Both the position numbers and the translations under genes were made by a program. A stretch of 63,571 nt of DNA, the filler included, from Reclinomonas americana ATCC 50394 (lineage: Eukaryota), in the NCBI GenBank assembly GCA_048213135.1. It is 7 parts of 7 records of this genome, joined end to end, with 100 filler letters (N's around TTAATTAATTAA, not from the genome) between each part and the next. Parts side by side here need not be neighbours in the genome. Positions count along the whole stretch, not along the records: positions 1 to 27,380 come from AFZH01019576.1; positions 27,481 to 35,209 come from AFZH01019579.1; positions 35,310 to 46,301 come from AFZH01019581.1; 4 more parts are not named here. The stretch is one strand, 5' to 3'. This document shows, piece after piece, positions 24,301-36,420 of this stretch. The notes beneath the pieces are model-generated. The model had not been told where the DNA came from. It ran no database searches and saw only the letters and a program-made list of their open reading frames with translations. Every line of letters starts with the position of its first letter. Positions within the stretch are counted from its first letter, which is position 1.

Positions 24301-26591
24301 CGCACTCAGTTCTGCAGTGTATGTGCACTCACACACCTCAGCAGCACTTCGTTGGTGGTCGACAGCTGAATGTCCACCTCCTCACCGCAGTACGGCGAAA
24401 ACACGAAGCGACCGAGAAACTGGAGGCACAAAAGCATGCACATGAGAATGGTTCTGCCACAAGTGTCATGAAAAATCACGACACACCTGCGCCAGTATAC
24501 TGGCACGCATGACTGAATCCAACACAGGAATCGACACATCCATCATGGCGTTGACCAGCTCACCCAGTGCCTGAAGCACAGCCTCGATGATCTGGAGATC
24601 ACAGAAATCGTGAGCGACAGCAGCGATCGACGATGCACAGCACCACCACCACGACATGACCTCGCCCGTCAGCAACGGATTGTTGGCCACCTCCACAAAC
24701 TTGCTAAAGAAGGACTCGGGACCGGTGACAATGGCAGGCAGTCCGCCATCGGCCAATGCCGACCGCGGAATCATAGTCCCGCCCACCGTCGACGACGCGC
24801 TGACACGGTGACCACACGGCTGCGCGCAACCATGTCACTGAAGAGAATGCCGTCACACATACGATGATAAGGTGGAACGTACCAGCGGCTGGTCGGAAGC
24901 CAGGGCGGCCAGACCACGCACTCGCCGATTCAGCTCGCGCAACTTGACACCCTGGTGCCAGTCCACGGACTGGAGCTTGGCGACAAACACACGCGCGAAT
25001 GGTGCACACAAATCTGGTCTGAGCAGCGCAACCACGCGTTCCATCTGCATTGCACGATCAGCGCAGGCGCAAGCACAATGGAGCATCGCCAGTACGCAAC
25101 ATCAGTCTGCAAATCACGAACGGCACGCTTGGCAGCCTTGGATAATAGCTGAAAGAAGGCGTCGTTCAGCTTCTCCGCGCCAGCAACTCGCTCCGGCAAC
25201 AGCAATAGCGGCGAAGAGGCCGACGACGCTGACGAGGATGGTGACGGCACCGTGGAAGCGGACGACGACGACGGCCCATGAGGCATGCGGAGAGCCGACG
25301 ATCCGAACACGGCCGCCGACGATCCGTTGCTGCGCAGTGCCGATACACGCGATCGCACCCGGCTGGCACTCTCGCGCAACTGATCTGTCACATCAGGCGC
25401 CAGTGCGGTCACGCTGTGACACAGGAGTGAGAATGCATAGCGAGTGCAACAACCGACAGCGAGGCACCAACATTGTGTTTCCCGCAATGGCCTCGGTCAC
25501 AGCCGGCATGAGAGCCGACACGCACGGAACGAGGCGCCGCAGAGTGGCGGCCACAAACGCGAGAACTTCATCGGCCGACAGGAAGCAGCTGCCGATCGAG
25601 GTGCCGGAGCGCGGTGGACTGGCCCGATAACAACAGTGAGCGATGCATACTCCATTCCCCCCGCCGACAACACCACCACACACGCAACTCGGCCGCTCGC
25701 AACAGCAGCGAGCCCAACAAGTGCAGCTCCACCATCAAACTGGGAGCGTGACCGGCGACCAACACCACGGCATGCAGCGCCGCCATGCTGTTGACAAACT
25801 CGCACTGATCCTCCGGCAGCGCCGCCACACGACCAAACAACTCGAACGGGTTCACAGCCGTGCCCCGTGGCGAGCTCGGCAGAGTCGGCGTTGTCACTGA
25901 CAACGCGCATGTGAGTCTCTCCATTCCAGAAAAGATCACGTGGCGCCTCGATCCTCACCAGGCCCGCTGACAAGTCGAGGCTCCACGCGAGCCGCTTTTC
26001 GTGGCGGTCGTCGCTTCCCACTGGCATCGTCCATCGAAGATGACGCAGGGGTGGCAGCAGCAGCAGCAGCAGAGGAAGAAGAAGACGAGTGACCGCTGGG
26101 CGGCATGAGCGGTCGATCGAGAATGCTGCCGAGAGCGTCGCGTTTCGCCGAGGCCGACAGTGGTCGTCGATTCGTCGATGATGATGACGAGGAAGGAGGA
26201 TGAGGCATACCATGCATGCGTGATGGCACGGAGGAGGCAGCAGAAGAAGTCGTTGTCGAAGAAGACGATGATGATTGACTGTGCTGTTGATGTTGATGAT
26301 GATGATGATGAAGGGCTGCGTGTGGCAACGGAAGCAGTCGACGTAGAGAGGCGCGCACGGCGTTGAGGTAGTCGAGGGCGAACTGTAGGGCCAGTGCATC
26401 GCCAGCGGCCTGTGCGTTGGAAGAGGAGGTGGGAGAGTGAGTGAGTGCGTCAGGTCCTTTCTGTGTGAGTGTGTATGTCGCACCATGCGGGCGAGCTGTG
26501 TGGCGGCCTCATCGCGTATGCGGGTGCCCTGCTCGGAGCGGTCGAATAGTAGTGCGCGGGTGAAGTGCAGTGGGGTCTCAGCAGAGTGCAT
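21346..26591 (-). CDS. CDAN1: Codanin-1 homologue, multi-exon
   Basis: Ordered codanin-like blocks recognised from memory of the family: FALDYLNAVR, ARVEPRLV, GHAPSLMVELHLLGSLL, FLSADEVLAFVAATL, EKLNDAFFQLL, FARVFVAKL, KLRELNRRV, ESFFSKFV, FLGRFVFSPY, RKVVPV, QLHDAFFDANPQLKQLANFLVRRVADNA. Confidence 0.7.
23505..24110. repeat. Purine-rich intronic minisatellite in CDAN1 (repeated GAATGTTGACA...GAGAGAAAGCACAT units)
   Basis: GAATGTTGACA recurs near 23722, 23795, 23868 and 23965, in two alternating variants, within a GA-rich intron of about 600 nt. Confidence 0.7.
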
Positions 26592-26641
26592 GGTGGAAGG
26601 TGAAGAGGACAGAGGAGGACAACTAGTTCCTTTGTTCATTC

Positions 26642-27380
26642 TCATGTTACAACGCCCATGACACCGCGAATGCTCTCGATCCACTCATGCATCTCGACCT
26701 CGTACTCCGCCACCACGTAGTACGTGCGCGAGGGAGTGACCAACTGCACTGACACATCAGCAAACACCACACCAACGTGTCTCCCACAAGCACCACTGAC
26801 CTCGAAACACCACTGCTTGTGGATGGCGGGATTGGTGCACGGGTGGACGTGTCGCAGCGAGAGCATGTTGATGGTACCGCGTGGCTTGGTGGCCTGCCGT
26901 ATCGCGCGATTCAGCACCACTAGCAATGCGATACCAGAGATAGAAAAGACGCAACGAGCTCCGTCTTGAAGTAGCACAGTGTCAGTGTGGTGGAGTCGAG
27001 CACAAACCACCGCCGCCGCCAGCTCTTCACGATGCGACCTTGCTTGACGAGCCAGCCCATTTTCAGCACCGGCACGGCGGTTCGTCGCTTGCCCCACAGC
27101 GCACTGCCGCTGCGCAGACTGGCCTTCAAGTGTGTGTCCATGCGACGCGCCGCCTCTGCCGCTGCTTGTGGCGACTCTGCCAAGTAGAAATCATGTGAGC
27201 CGACCGCAGACTCCATACACACTTACAGGGTTGCACCCAACTCTGCAGCAGGAACAGCGACTTGCGTCTCAGTTCCTCGGCGTCGGCATACTTGCCAAGC
27301 TCTCGTTGCACCGTGGCCAGCCGCGACAGAATCTCTCCGTACTCGGGATGCTCCTCGCCACCGTGGTGACTGAGCATGGC
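26642..27380 (-). CDS. TPR (kinesin-light-chain-like) plus C-terminal PH domain protein, 5' truncated by gap
   Basis: HGGEEHPEYGEILSRLATVQRELGKYADAEELRRKSL (TPR), then LKMGWLVKQGRIVKSWRRRWFVL...PRGTINM...FELVTPSRTYYVVAEYEVEMHEWIESIR (PH). Confidence 0.85.
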
Positions 27381-27480
27381 NNNNNNNNNNNNNNNNNNNN
27401 NNNNNNNNNNNNNNNNNNNNNNNNTTAATTAATTAANNNNNNNNNNNNNNNNNNNNNNNNNNNNNNNNNNNNNNNNNNNN
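27381..27480. other. Artificial contig-join spacer
   Basis: N run, TTAATTAATTAA (stops in all six frames), N run; 100 nt in total. Confidence 0.97.
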
Positions 27481-27740
27481 TCCGTCTCCCTCGTCTTCTT
27501 CTCGTTCTCTCTCTCTTCTTCTCTCTCTCTCTCTCCTCCTCTCCTCCTCCTCCTCCTCCTCCTCCTCCTCCTCCTCTCCTCCTCCTCCTCCTCCTCCTCC
27601 TCTCTCTCTCTCTCTCCTCCTCCTCCTCCTCCTCCTCCTCCTCCTCCTCCTCCTCCTCCTCCTCCTCCTCCTCCTCCTCCTCCTCCTCCTCCTCCTCCTC
27701 CTCTTCCGTGTGCTCCTCGCCCTCCTCCTCCTCCCCCTCC
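27481..27740. repeat. (CCT)n/(CT)n microsatellite, intronic
   Basis: Long CCT and CT runs directly upstream of the AG acceptor near 27753. Confidence 0.9.
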
Positions 27741-27753
27741 GTCTCCTTCCGCA

Positions 27754-30216
27754 GCATTTCGACGATGAAATCGGTGGCCGGTGACGCCGAGTTTATTGTG
27801 CTGTTGCGTTCCTCTTTCTTTGCTTCCCCCCTCTTCCCGCTGCGTCATGCTCATGCAATGCAACGCGCAGTTCCGGTGACCTGTCGGCCCATCACCAGCT
27901 CTCCCTCGACGATGTGCACACAGCGGCGCAGGCAGTCACCTCGTGGCTCCGCTCGGCGTTCCCCTCGACTCCGTTGTTCATGATCATGGGTGCGCGTGAA
28001 TGGGCCCATGTCAGTTTGGTTTCCCTTCTTTCTCCGCTGACAATCAACACGCGCAGGCAACGATGACTTTTTCCCGAACTACCAGTTCCTCAACAGCTCC
28101 GCGCAGGTCAGCAGGCGGCACGTGCCCTCTCTCTCACACTCTATTCGTGCTCACTCATGTTTCGTGCAGTTTGCCTCCTTCTGGCAACTGTGGAGCAATA
28201 TTCTGCCGCCGTCTGCCATGACGACATTTTTGCTGGGCGGTTACTACTCGGCGCCGCTCAAGCCAGGTCTCCGCCTGCTGGCCATGAACACCATCGTGTA
28301 TGCGCCCCGGCACGACTTGGTGAGCGCACCACGCAGACTAAGGAGAAGAGAAAGACACAGAGAAAGGGAAGGGAAAGAGGAAAAGAAGGAGGGGTGTACA
28401 ACGAGGAAAGAGAGAACGGAGAAATGGATCAAGTGACAAAGAGAGGAGAGCGAGGTTGTGGGAGATGAAAGAAAGGGAAAAGAGAGGAAAGGCAGGGAGA
28501 GAAAGAGGAGTCGCACTACTTCCGTTCTTGCTCGTCTTCTCTTTCTCTCATTCCATCGCTGTACCCTCTCCCTCCTTCTCCCCCATCCCTCTTTTCCCCT
28601 CCATTCTTCTCTCTCTCTCTCCTGGTTAACAGCGAGGAAAGAGAGAACGGAGAAAGGGAGATTTGTGAGATCAAGAGACGAAGAGAGGAGAGCGAGGTTG
28701 TGGGAGATGAAAGAAAGGGAAAAGAGAGGACAAGGCAGGGAGAGAAAGAGGAGTCGCACTTCCTCCGTTCATCCTTGCAATTCTCTTTCTCTCTTTTCTC
28801 TGTCGCTTTATTTTGCTCTCTCACATTTTCTCCCTCGCATTCTCCCTCCCGTTCTCCCTCCTGTTCTCTCGTCTTTCTCTCTTTCTCCCTCTTCCTCTCC
28901 CTCTCCACCCTCCCTCCCTCTCACCCTCTCTTTCTCCCTTTCCCCTTTCTCCCCCTTCCACTCCCGCACAGCCAACACCACTGCCCGAGGACCCCATGGG
29001 CCAGTTCGCCTGGTTACGCAACGAGCTCATTAACGCGCGCTCCAATGGCGAAAAGTTGCGTGCCGTGTGTCTCAGCTGTGGTCGTTGTTTGTGACTCACA
29101 CGCTCTCTTCCCAGAGTGTACATTATGATGCACGTGGCTCCCGGAGGTCTGTTCCCTCCATCCCCGTCTCCACCCTCCCATTTCTCACATTGTATCTGTG
29201 CACAGGAAACGCCTACGACGACTCCACGCTGTTGCGTCCTCGTTTCTTCCCCCTAGTCACTGTCTCCGCTCACAAACGCCGTCGTCACAGGTGGCGCACT
29301 CCATATGTCCTCACCTTCCAAGACATCATGACCCAATTCTCCGACGTGGTGGTCACCATTCTCTGCGGCCACACGCACATGGACGAGTTCCGACTGGTCA
29401 CCAAGAGCGGTGCGTTTCCTCCTTTGTCGCACCCTCTCCTACATCGCCCTCACACTCTGCGCGGCACAGGCACCACCACTCCCATTGTGCCGGCCATCAT
29501 CAGCCCCAGCGTCTCCACCTCCAACGGCAACAACCCGGGTTTCCGTGTGGTGCAACGCGACCCGCAGACCCACGCCCTCCTAGACTACCAGCAGTACGTG
29601 TTCGGCATCTACGAGGCCGACGTGTTGGTGCGTCGCGCGACGCTCTTGTCTCTGTTCTCCTTGCCCCTCTTCTCCTTGTTCCTAGAAGAGAAGCAAGGAG
29701 AAAGGAGGAAGAGAGGAGATTGGAAGGGAGAAGAGGAGCAAGAGAAAGGAGAACAGTCTGCAAGGGAAAGAGGGAATTCGAACGGGAGAAGAGTGGGAAG
29801 AGTCTCCTTGCCCCTCTTCCCCTTGTTCCCTCTTCCCCTTGCACCTCTTCCCCTTGCACCTCGCCTTCTCCCCTTACCTCTTCTCCTTGCCCCTCTTCCC
29901 CTTGCGCCTCGCCTTCTCCCTTCTCCTCTTCTCCTTGCCCCTCTTCCGCCTCCTCAAACCACTTTTGCCTTCGCAGAACCAACCCGCCTGGCAACTCTCA
30001 TACACCTTCAGCAGCGAGTACAACCTGCCAAGCATGTCGGCCTCGTCGTACGCCTCGCTCTCGCGACAACTCGCCTCCAACAACGCCGTGTACGCCACCT
30101 GGTTCAAGAACTACCAATCGCTATACTTCCTCAAGCGCTGGCAGTACCTGTGCACCTCGCAGGCCTTCGACAATGACTCGTTTGCAAAGTGCATTGCCAA
30201 TGGTGGAGAAGAGTAG
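27754..30216 (+). CDS. Acid sphingomyelinase-like (SMPDL3/Ppn1-type) metallophosphoesterase, 5' partial
   Basis: FIVLSGDLSAH, IMGNDDFFPNY, GGYYSAPLKPGLRLLAMNTIVY, DPMGQFAWLRNEL, YIMMHVAPG, LCGHTHMDEFRL, NNPGFRV, LLDYQQY, WQLSYTFSSEYNL. Confidence 0.88.
28398..28770. repeat. Intronic direct duplication (about 130-nt purine-rich unit, 2 copies)
   Basis: CGAGGAAAGAGAGAACGGAGAAA...GAGAGCGAGGTTGTGGGAGATGAAAGAAAGGGAAAAGAGAGG...GAGGAGTCGCACT occurs near 28400 and again near 28632. Confidence 0.85.
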
Positions 30217-30471
30217 TAAAATCAGTGAATGGGGAGGAGCAAAGGGGGATAGGCGAAGGTGAAGGGGGGCAGGAAGAGTGGTAAATCAATGAATGGAGAG
30301 GAACAAAGGGGAGAGAGAAGGGAAAGCAAAGGGGGAGGAGCAAAGGGGAAAGGCGAAGGTGAAGGCGGGCAGGAAGGCGAAGTAGGCGACAATCAGTCAT
30401 GTCCCTTCGTCCTCTCGCGTGTGTGTGGGAGTTGTGTGTGAGGAGGCACCACTGCCTTGACACAGTGAGTC

Positions 30472-30718
30472 ATGGCACAGATGCAGAAGAAGCCACTGGC
30501 CCTTGTGTGCCACTTGTGTGGACGCGAGTATGGTGAGAGAGTGACACAGAGAGAGAGAGAGAGAGTGCCTTGTTTCTCACACTTGTGTCACCCGCGCTCA
30601 CACTCTCTGTGTGTGTGTTGTGTGTGCATGAAGGCTCCAAGTCACTGCCGATTCACATTCCTCAGTGTGAGGAGAAGGTGTGTGCCAGTGTGTGTGTGTG
30701 ACTTTGTGTGTGTCTTTG

Positions 30719-30765
<47 letters not shown>

Positions 30766-33700
30766 TGTGTGCATATGTGTGTTTGTGTGCATGTGTGATT
30801 CGTTTTTTTCTCAATCATCATGTGTCAGTGGTGGAAAACGCAAGAGGTTCTGCCAAAGGCGTTGCGTAAAGGTCCGCCTCCGCCTCCTGATGTCGAGGTT
30901 CCAACGTCGACAAAGGTGCACTTTGTGTGTGTGTGTGAAGGGCGACTTCTTGTCTTCTTGTGATTGACCTGGCATTCTGGTGTGCAGGATGGTGCTGCTG
31001 TGGAGGCCTACAACCAGGCAGCGTGGTCGATCTCACAGGTGAAGTGTGTGTGGGAGAGTGAGAGAGAGAGAGAGAGAGAACATCTTGTCTCTCTTGTATG
31101 TGTCGTGCAGTCTGTCTCCCTCCTCTCTCTCTCTCTGTCTATCTGTCTGTGTATGTGAGAGAGAGAGAGACAGAGTGAGTCAGTTCGACACAGGCTGCCT
31201 TGCGTGTCTTGTTGTTCTTCACACCTTCCTCCACGTGCATGTGGGAATCAGGTAGGCAGTGTGGCACCGGCTTCCCTGTCTCTCTTGCATGCATTTCGTG
31301 CTGTCTGTCTTCATGCCTTCTTCCATGTCTCGCTCCCTTTCTCTCTGCGTGTCGGTGAGAGTCAGTGCGCCACAGCCTGCCTTGTCTCTCTTGTCTCTCA
31401 TGTGTGTCGCGTTGTTCACACCTTCTTCCGTGTGTGTGGGTATGAGAGAGAAAGCAAGCTATCGTGTCGCCTGCGTCTGTCGTGCAGTCTGTCTTCATGC
31501 CTTCTTCCATGTCTCGCTCTCTTTCTCTCTGTGTGTGTGGGTGGTAGAGAGAGTCAGTGCGCCACAGGCTGCCTTGTTTCTCTTGCCTCTCATTTGTGTC
31601 GCGTTGTTCTTCACACCTTCCACGTGCATGTGGGAATCAGGGAATCAGTGACCCGTACTTCCTTGTCTCTTGTGTATCTCGCTCCCTTTCTCTCTGTGTG
31701 TGGGAGATAGTCAGTGTGTGACACAAGCTTCCCTTGCTCACCTGTCTCTTTTGTCTCAATCCCTTCCCTCTTTGCCGCAGACCGCACTCTCACAATGCCC
31801 CTACTGCAATCGCCGATTCAAACCCGACAGCTTGCTGGTGCACTTTAACTCGTGCAACAAGGTTTGGTGTTAATAATTGTCGTCGTCGTCGTCGTTTCTT
31901 TCGGACTCGTCTGAGCGCCCCCGCTGCGCAGAAGGGAGACGCGGATCCGTACGCGGCGCCGAAAGCCGGTCGTCCGCGGATGCTTGTCTGCTATGTTGCG
32001 TCCCGTTTTTTGTTGTTTTTATTGCGCACTCGCCAATTGATGTTGTCTCACCAACCCGTTGCACTGCAGATCTGCGGTCAGCAGTATGGCACGGCGTCGC
32101 TGCCGATCCATCAGCGTCAGTGCATTCAGAGGTTGCTTCTGAAGCCTCTCTCTTCTTCTTCCCCCTCCCCCCTTCTTCGTCGCTCATCTCCACTTCATGA
32201 AATCAGGTGGGAGATGGAACAGGCAAAGCTGCCGAAGAGCGAGCGCAAACCGCTCCCACAGCCGCCACAGAATGTGCCGTTGAGTGCATCGGGTGCCGTG
32301 GATTTCGATTCGTTCAACGATGCGGCATTCGAGGCCTACAATGCGTGAGTTGCCTGTCGTCTGCGTCTGCGCTTCGTATCCATTAGTACTCACACTGCGG
32401 TGTGCGCCAGCAATCTCGCCGAGTGCCCGAACTGCGGTCGCACGTTTGCTCCCGATCGCCTCGAGGTGCACTTGCGCAGTTGCAAGCCCGGCAAGCCTCT
32501 CAAGCCGCGCAGCACGGGAGTGCGCTCGTCCATGTCGAGCTCGTTGCGACCGGGCACCGCAGGCGGCAGTGGTGGCGATGAAGGCGGCGCGTCGTCGTCC
32601 GGCTCTTCCTTCCCTCCACGTCCGGCGACGCGCGGAGGCGCCAGTGCGGCTGGTAAGTGGGTAAATGGGAGAGACTGTGAGTCGACGCAACACTCAACTG
32701 ACATGTGGGCACAGAGCGTGGCAGCGATGACGAGGATGATGGTATGTGTGTGTGCTTTATTGAGGGTGTGTTCCTCTGGCAAGTGTCTCACCCGTCTTGT
32801 GCGCACAGGACCTGCGCCGCCAAAGGGTTTGCCATTCAGTTGATCTCTCTCTCCTTGACCACTGCCAGCCTCTCATACGATTGTGTTGGCGCACAGTGTC
32901 CTACAAGATCCCGGACGGCGCCGGCGAAGAGGACGCGGCCGACGATGATCGCGTGCCCTGCTCGTTCGTTGTTTTCGATCACGTGCACTGCCTGCACATT
33001 GACCGCATTCCCCTCACACTCTCTATGCCATCTTGCTCAGAAAATGTGGCCGTCGTTTTGCCGGCGACCGCATCGATGTGCACGAGTCGTCCTGCAAGGT
33101 TACTGCATGTGGTTGTCGGCTGGCGTAGCGCACATCACCATCTGCTGACACTCAGCGGTGCAGGGTTCTAGTGCCGCCAAGCCCACTGCAGCCACACGCC
33201 GCATGGCGTATGATCCGCGCGCAGCTGCCGAGGCTGCCAAGAGTGCTCGTTGCGTAATCTCACACGCACTTTACATCCTATGTGGGGGTTAACATGATGG
33301 GATGATCCACAGCCAAGGCCGCCGACGAGCCGCGCAAGCCTCTGCGTGAGCGCTTGGTTGGCATGGCCGATAAGCTGGCCGACGAGCGCGTGGAGTGCGG
33401 TGGATGTGGGCGAAAGTTCGCACCCGATCGCATTCAGCGACACGAGGAGGGCTGTCTGCAGCGCGAGCCCAAGGTCTAACACATCGCTTGCTTCGTCACG
33501 CGACTTGACTCCGCCTGACCTCGGTGAGATGCTCTCCATGTAGAATCGCAACTACCAGCCGGGCGGCACCGGTGAACCACCGTTGGCCAACTCGACGCTG
33601 CGTCGATCGGCTCCTGGCCTGGGCTCTTCCTCTGCCCGTCCGGGCACGGTGCGTTGTGCCTATCTCTCTTTTTATCGACTGCCAACTTCCTTCATTCTTC

Positions 33701-34353
33701 TGACGTGCACGTGATGTGACACAGAGTGGCGGTGCCGGCTTTGGTGACGACATGCGCGCCAGTGGCATGTCGGCGCGTCGACCAGGCACGTCAGCAGGCG
33801 CGCCTCCACCTCCACCGCAGGCGTCGAATCGCAGCCCTGTCAAGCGCCAGGCTGGATCACCGCAACGCGGTCCCACAGGTGCTCCCCGCGCCTCCACTGG
33901 CACACTGCCATCGGCTGCCGCCGGTCGAGCTGGAGGGTGAGTGCTGGTGTGTGTGCGCAAGCTGCGTGTGTGAGAGAGTCACTCATCGGGCTGCCTACGC
34001 AGGAACCCGCCCATTCCAGCGCACTTGCGGCCTCCCTCCATGCGAGGTATGTATATTTGCTCGCATTTCATTTCCGTGCTACGTGCTCATTTGCTTTGCT
34101 CGCAGGCGAGAGCGACGCGCTCGGCGAGCCCGTGCCATCAGAGGCGCCGCCGGTGGCTGGTCGACGAGCCGGCAAAGGCTTTGGCTTTTGCGTCGAATGT
34201 GGCACGGTTAGCATCCCACACACACATGATCTCGGCCGTTTCTGCGTTTCTTTCTCATCGCTGTGTGTGTGTGTGTCACAGGCGTATCCAGTGGCCACCG
34301 CCAAGTTCTGCATGGAATGCGGCACTGCCAATCCACGCATGTCCGTGGCCTGA
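30472..34353 (+). CDS. Multi C2HC-type zinc-finger protein (ZC2HC1/ZNF474-like) with C-terminal double zinc ribbon
   Basis: [125 protein letters not shown]. Confidence 0.85.
31170..31740. repeat. Intronic tandem repeat (about 185-nt unit, about 3 degenerate copies)
   Basis: GAGTCAGT..GC.ACAG.CTGCCTTG...TTCACACCTTC recurs near 31177, 31359 and 31551. Confidence 0.75.
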
Positions 34354-34811
34354 ACACGGCCGCGAGGAGAAGAAGGAGAGGAGAAGGGGGGAAGGGAGAA
34401 TAGGAAAATGTACAACGTCGCGTCCGCAACCTCATTTAATCGTTCGTTTTTTTATCGTGTGGAGAGAAGTCACATGAGTGTTGCGTCGTCGATCTCAACA
34501 CCCCTGGTGTCTGTCTCACACACACACGCACTTTCCATCCCTTCCACTGCACTTGTGCCTCTCCCTCATCTGTGTGTGTGCGCGTGCGTGTTGTCTCTCT
34601 AGTCTCTCTCACTCGTGTGTCACTGATGAACGCACACACGTAGTCTCTCTCTCTCACACACACACACTCACACAACACACACTTTCTTAATGTCATGATC
34701 AACGCCACTCACCTTGCTCTCCCTCACATTGTGTCATGTCGTTTGGTTGCCTCTTTTACTCACTCACTCACTCACTCACTCACTCACTCTCTCTCTCAAT
34801 GAACGCGTACA

Positions 34812-35192
34812 GATCGGTGGACCTGTCACTTCAGCATACTTGCGCAAGTATCGCGAACTGCGCGGCACGCTGGAGAGCATGCGAGTGCGTTTGTGTGAAT
34901 GAGCACTGAGGCAACGCACAAACAGTGCTCACTCACGTCACTCTCTCTCTCTCTCCTTCCCTTTCTCTTGTGTGTGTGTGTGACAGGAGCCTTTGATTTC
35001 TGCGCGACTGCCGGGCCTCATTTGCGCCCAGTTGTCTGCCGACCCCGATGTGAGTCACCTCGCTCGCTCGCACACTCACTCGCGGAGATGGTGATCACTC
35101 ACACCACTCTCCTCCACGCCACTGCACAGGTGCTGGATGAGTCGGGCAACATTGACGTCAAGCTCGAGTTCGGTGTGCAAGATGCGAGTCAG
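34812..35192 (+). CDS. Unidentified multi-exon gene fragment, cut by gap
   Basis: Short GT-AG-bounded exons give IGGPVTSAYLRKYRELRGTLESMR-EPLISARLPGLICAQLSADPD-VLDESGNIDVKLEFGVQDASQ. No family recognised. Confidence 0.4.
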
Positions 35193-35209
35193 GTATTGAA
35201 AGAGAGAGA

Positions 35210-35309
35210 NNNNNNNNNNNNNNNNNNNNNNNNNNNNNNNNNNNNNNNNNNNNTTAATTAATTAANNNNNNNNNNNNNNNNNNNNNNNNNNNNNNNNNNN
35301 NNNNNNNNN
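35210..35309. other. Artificial contig-join spacer
   Basis: N-TTAATTAATTAA-N. Confidence 0.97.
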
Positions 35310-35705
35310 CAACGCAACGAGATCCACAGCCGGCCGCCAGTCAACCATGGTCTATTGGCCAGCGAGTGAGCGAAACGAGGAGGGGGTGGGAACTGTATCG
35401 TTGCACTCACCGATCGTGACGCCGGTCGGAGAATAGAGTTGAGATCGAACAGTCGCTTCTCCCAGTCCTCGACGGGCGAGAGCAGTGGCATCAGTGTGGC
35501 TGGGGTGAAGCCACCGAGGGCGTAGCGCACGAGGGGGGCCACAACGTCATCACCGGCACCCGTGTCGACGTCAACACTGCCACCGGTCTCGGATGTCTTG
35601 CGTCGCTTACGACCGTGGCCCGGCGTCACATCAACGATTGCCGACTTGCCCTTGCCAGCCGGCGAGGAGGAAGCTCGTTTGCGTTGCGCTGCACGTGCAG
35701 ACATG
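35310..35705 (-). CDS. N-terminus of an unidentified, probably nuclear protein (3' truncated)
   Basis: MSARAAQRKRASSSPAGKGK...GRKRRKTS (NLS-like)...EDWEKRLFDLNSILRPASRS, followed by GTGAGT and GTTGCG donors. Confidence 0.5.
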
Positions 35706-36420
35706 ATTCTCGATGAGGGAAGGACGGAGGAAAGGTGCTCTCCGAGATCGAAGGAAAAAAGAAAGATGCGCGAGACAAGTCGATTGATTGACGTCAGCAG
35801 CGCATCTCGTGATCTGTGTGCCGACGTAAGCAGCGACGACGGGAGCACTGGCTGCTTCAACTGCTGCAATGCACTGCTGCACCTGCCGATGCGCTGTGCC
35901 ATGGTTCGCGTGCACTCGACGGCGCGGGCCAAATATTCGATCGCGCCGGATTCGATCGCGAATCCGCCGGGTCGCAATTGTCGCCTGCGAAAAGCGCCAT
36001 GCGAATCCTGTCGCTGGTGTGATGCACTGCTGTGCGTGTGGGGCGATCGACTCCCGCGCTTGAAGAGGAAGGACACGTGTTCGAACCGGCGATCGCTGCG
36101 ATCGATCCACAGCATTCCCGAGGCAAAGCCATCGCGATCGCTTTCTTCGGTGCGCTCGGAAGCATCGCACATTGCACATGCTTGCTGAGCAGAGACAGCA
36201 TCGTCAGGAATGTCATGCGCATGCATCGATCGCGACTCGCGATCGAAGACATGTACTGCATCGACGTCGACTTCCGCGCGCTCGCTCCTCGTGATCGACA
36301 GCTCGAAGCACAGGCATTCGCCATTACAGACCCGCAATCAGCCTACAGAAGCATCCGCTCAACGTGAGCACGCGAAGTTTGTCTTTCATGCATGGAGGAC
36401 ACGTTTTCATCGTAGCACAC

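Noticed and set aside
27425..27436. TTAATTAATTAA repeated six times within N runs
   Set aside because: Artificial all-frame-stop spacer used to concatenate contigs; not a biological repeat or target site.
27425..27863. Poly-Glu/poly-Gly ORFs
   Set aside because: Translations of an intronic (CCT)n microsatellite next to a gap.
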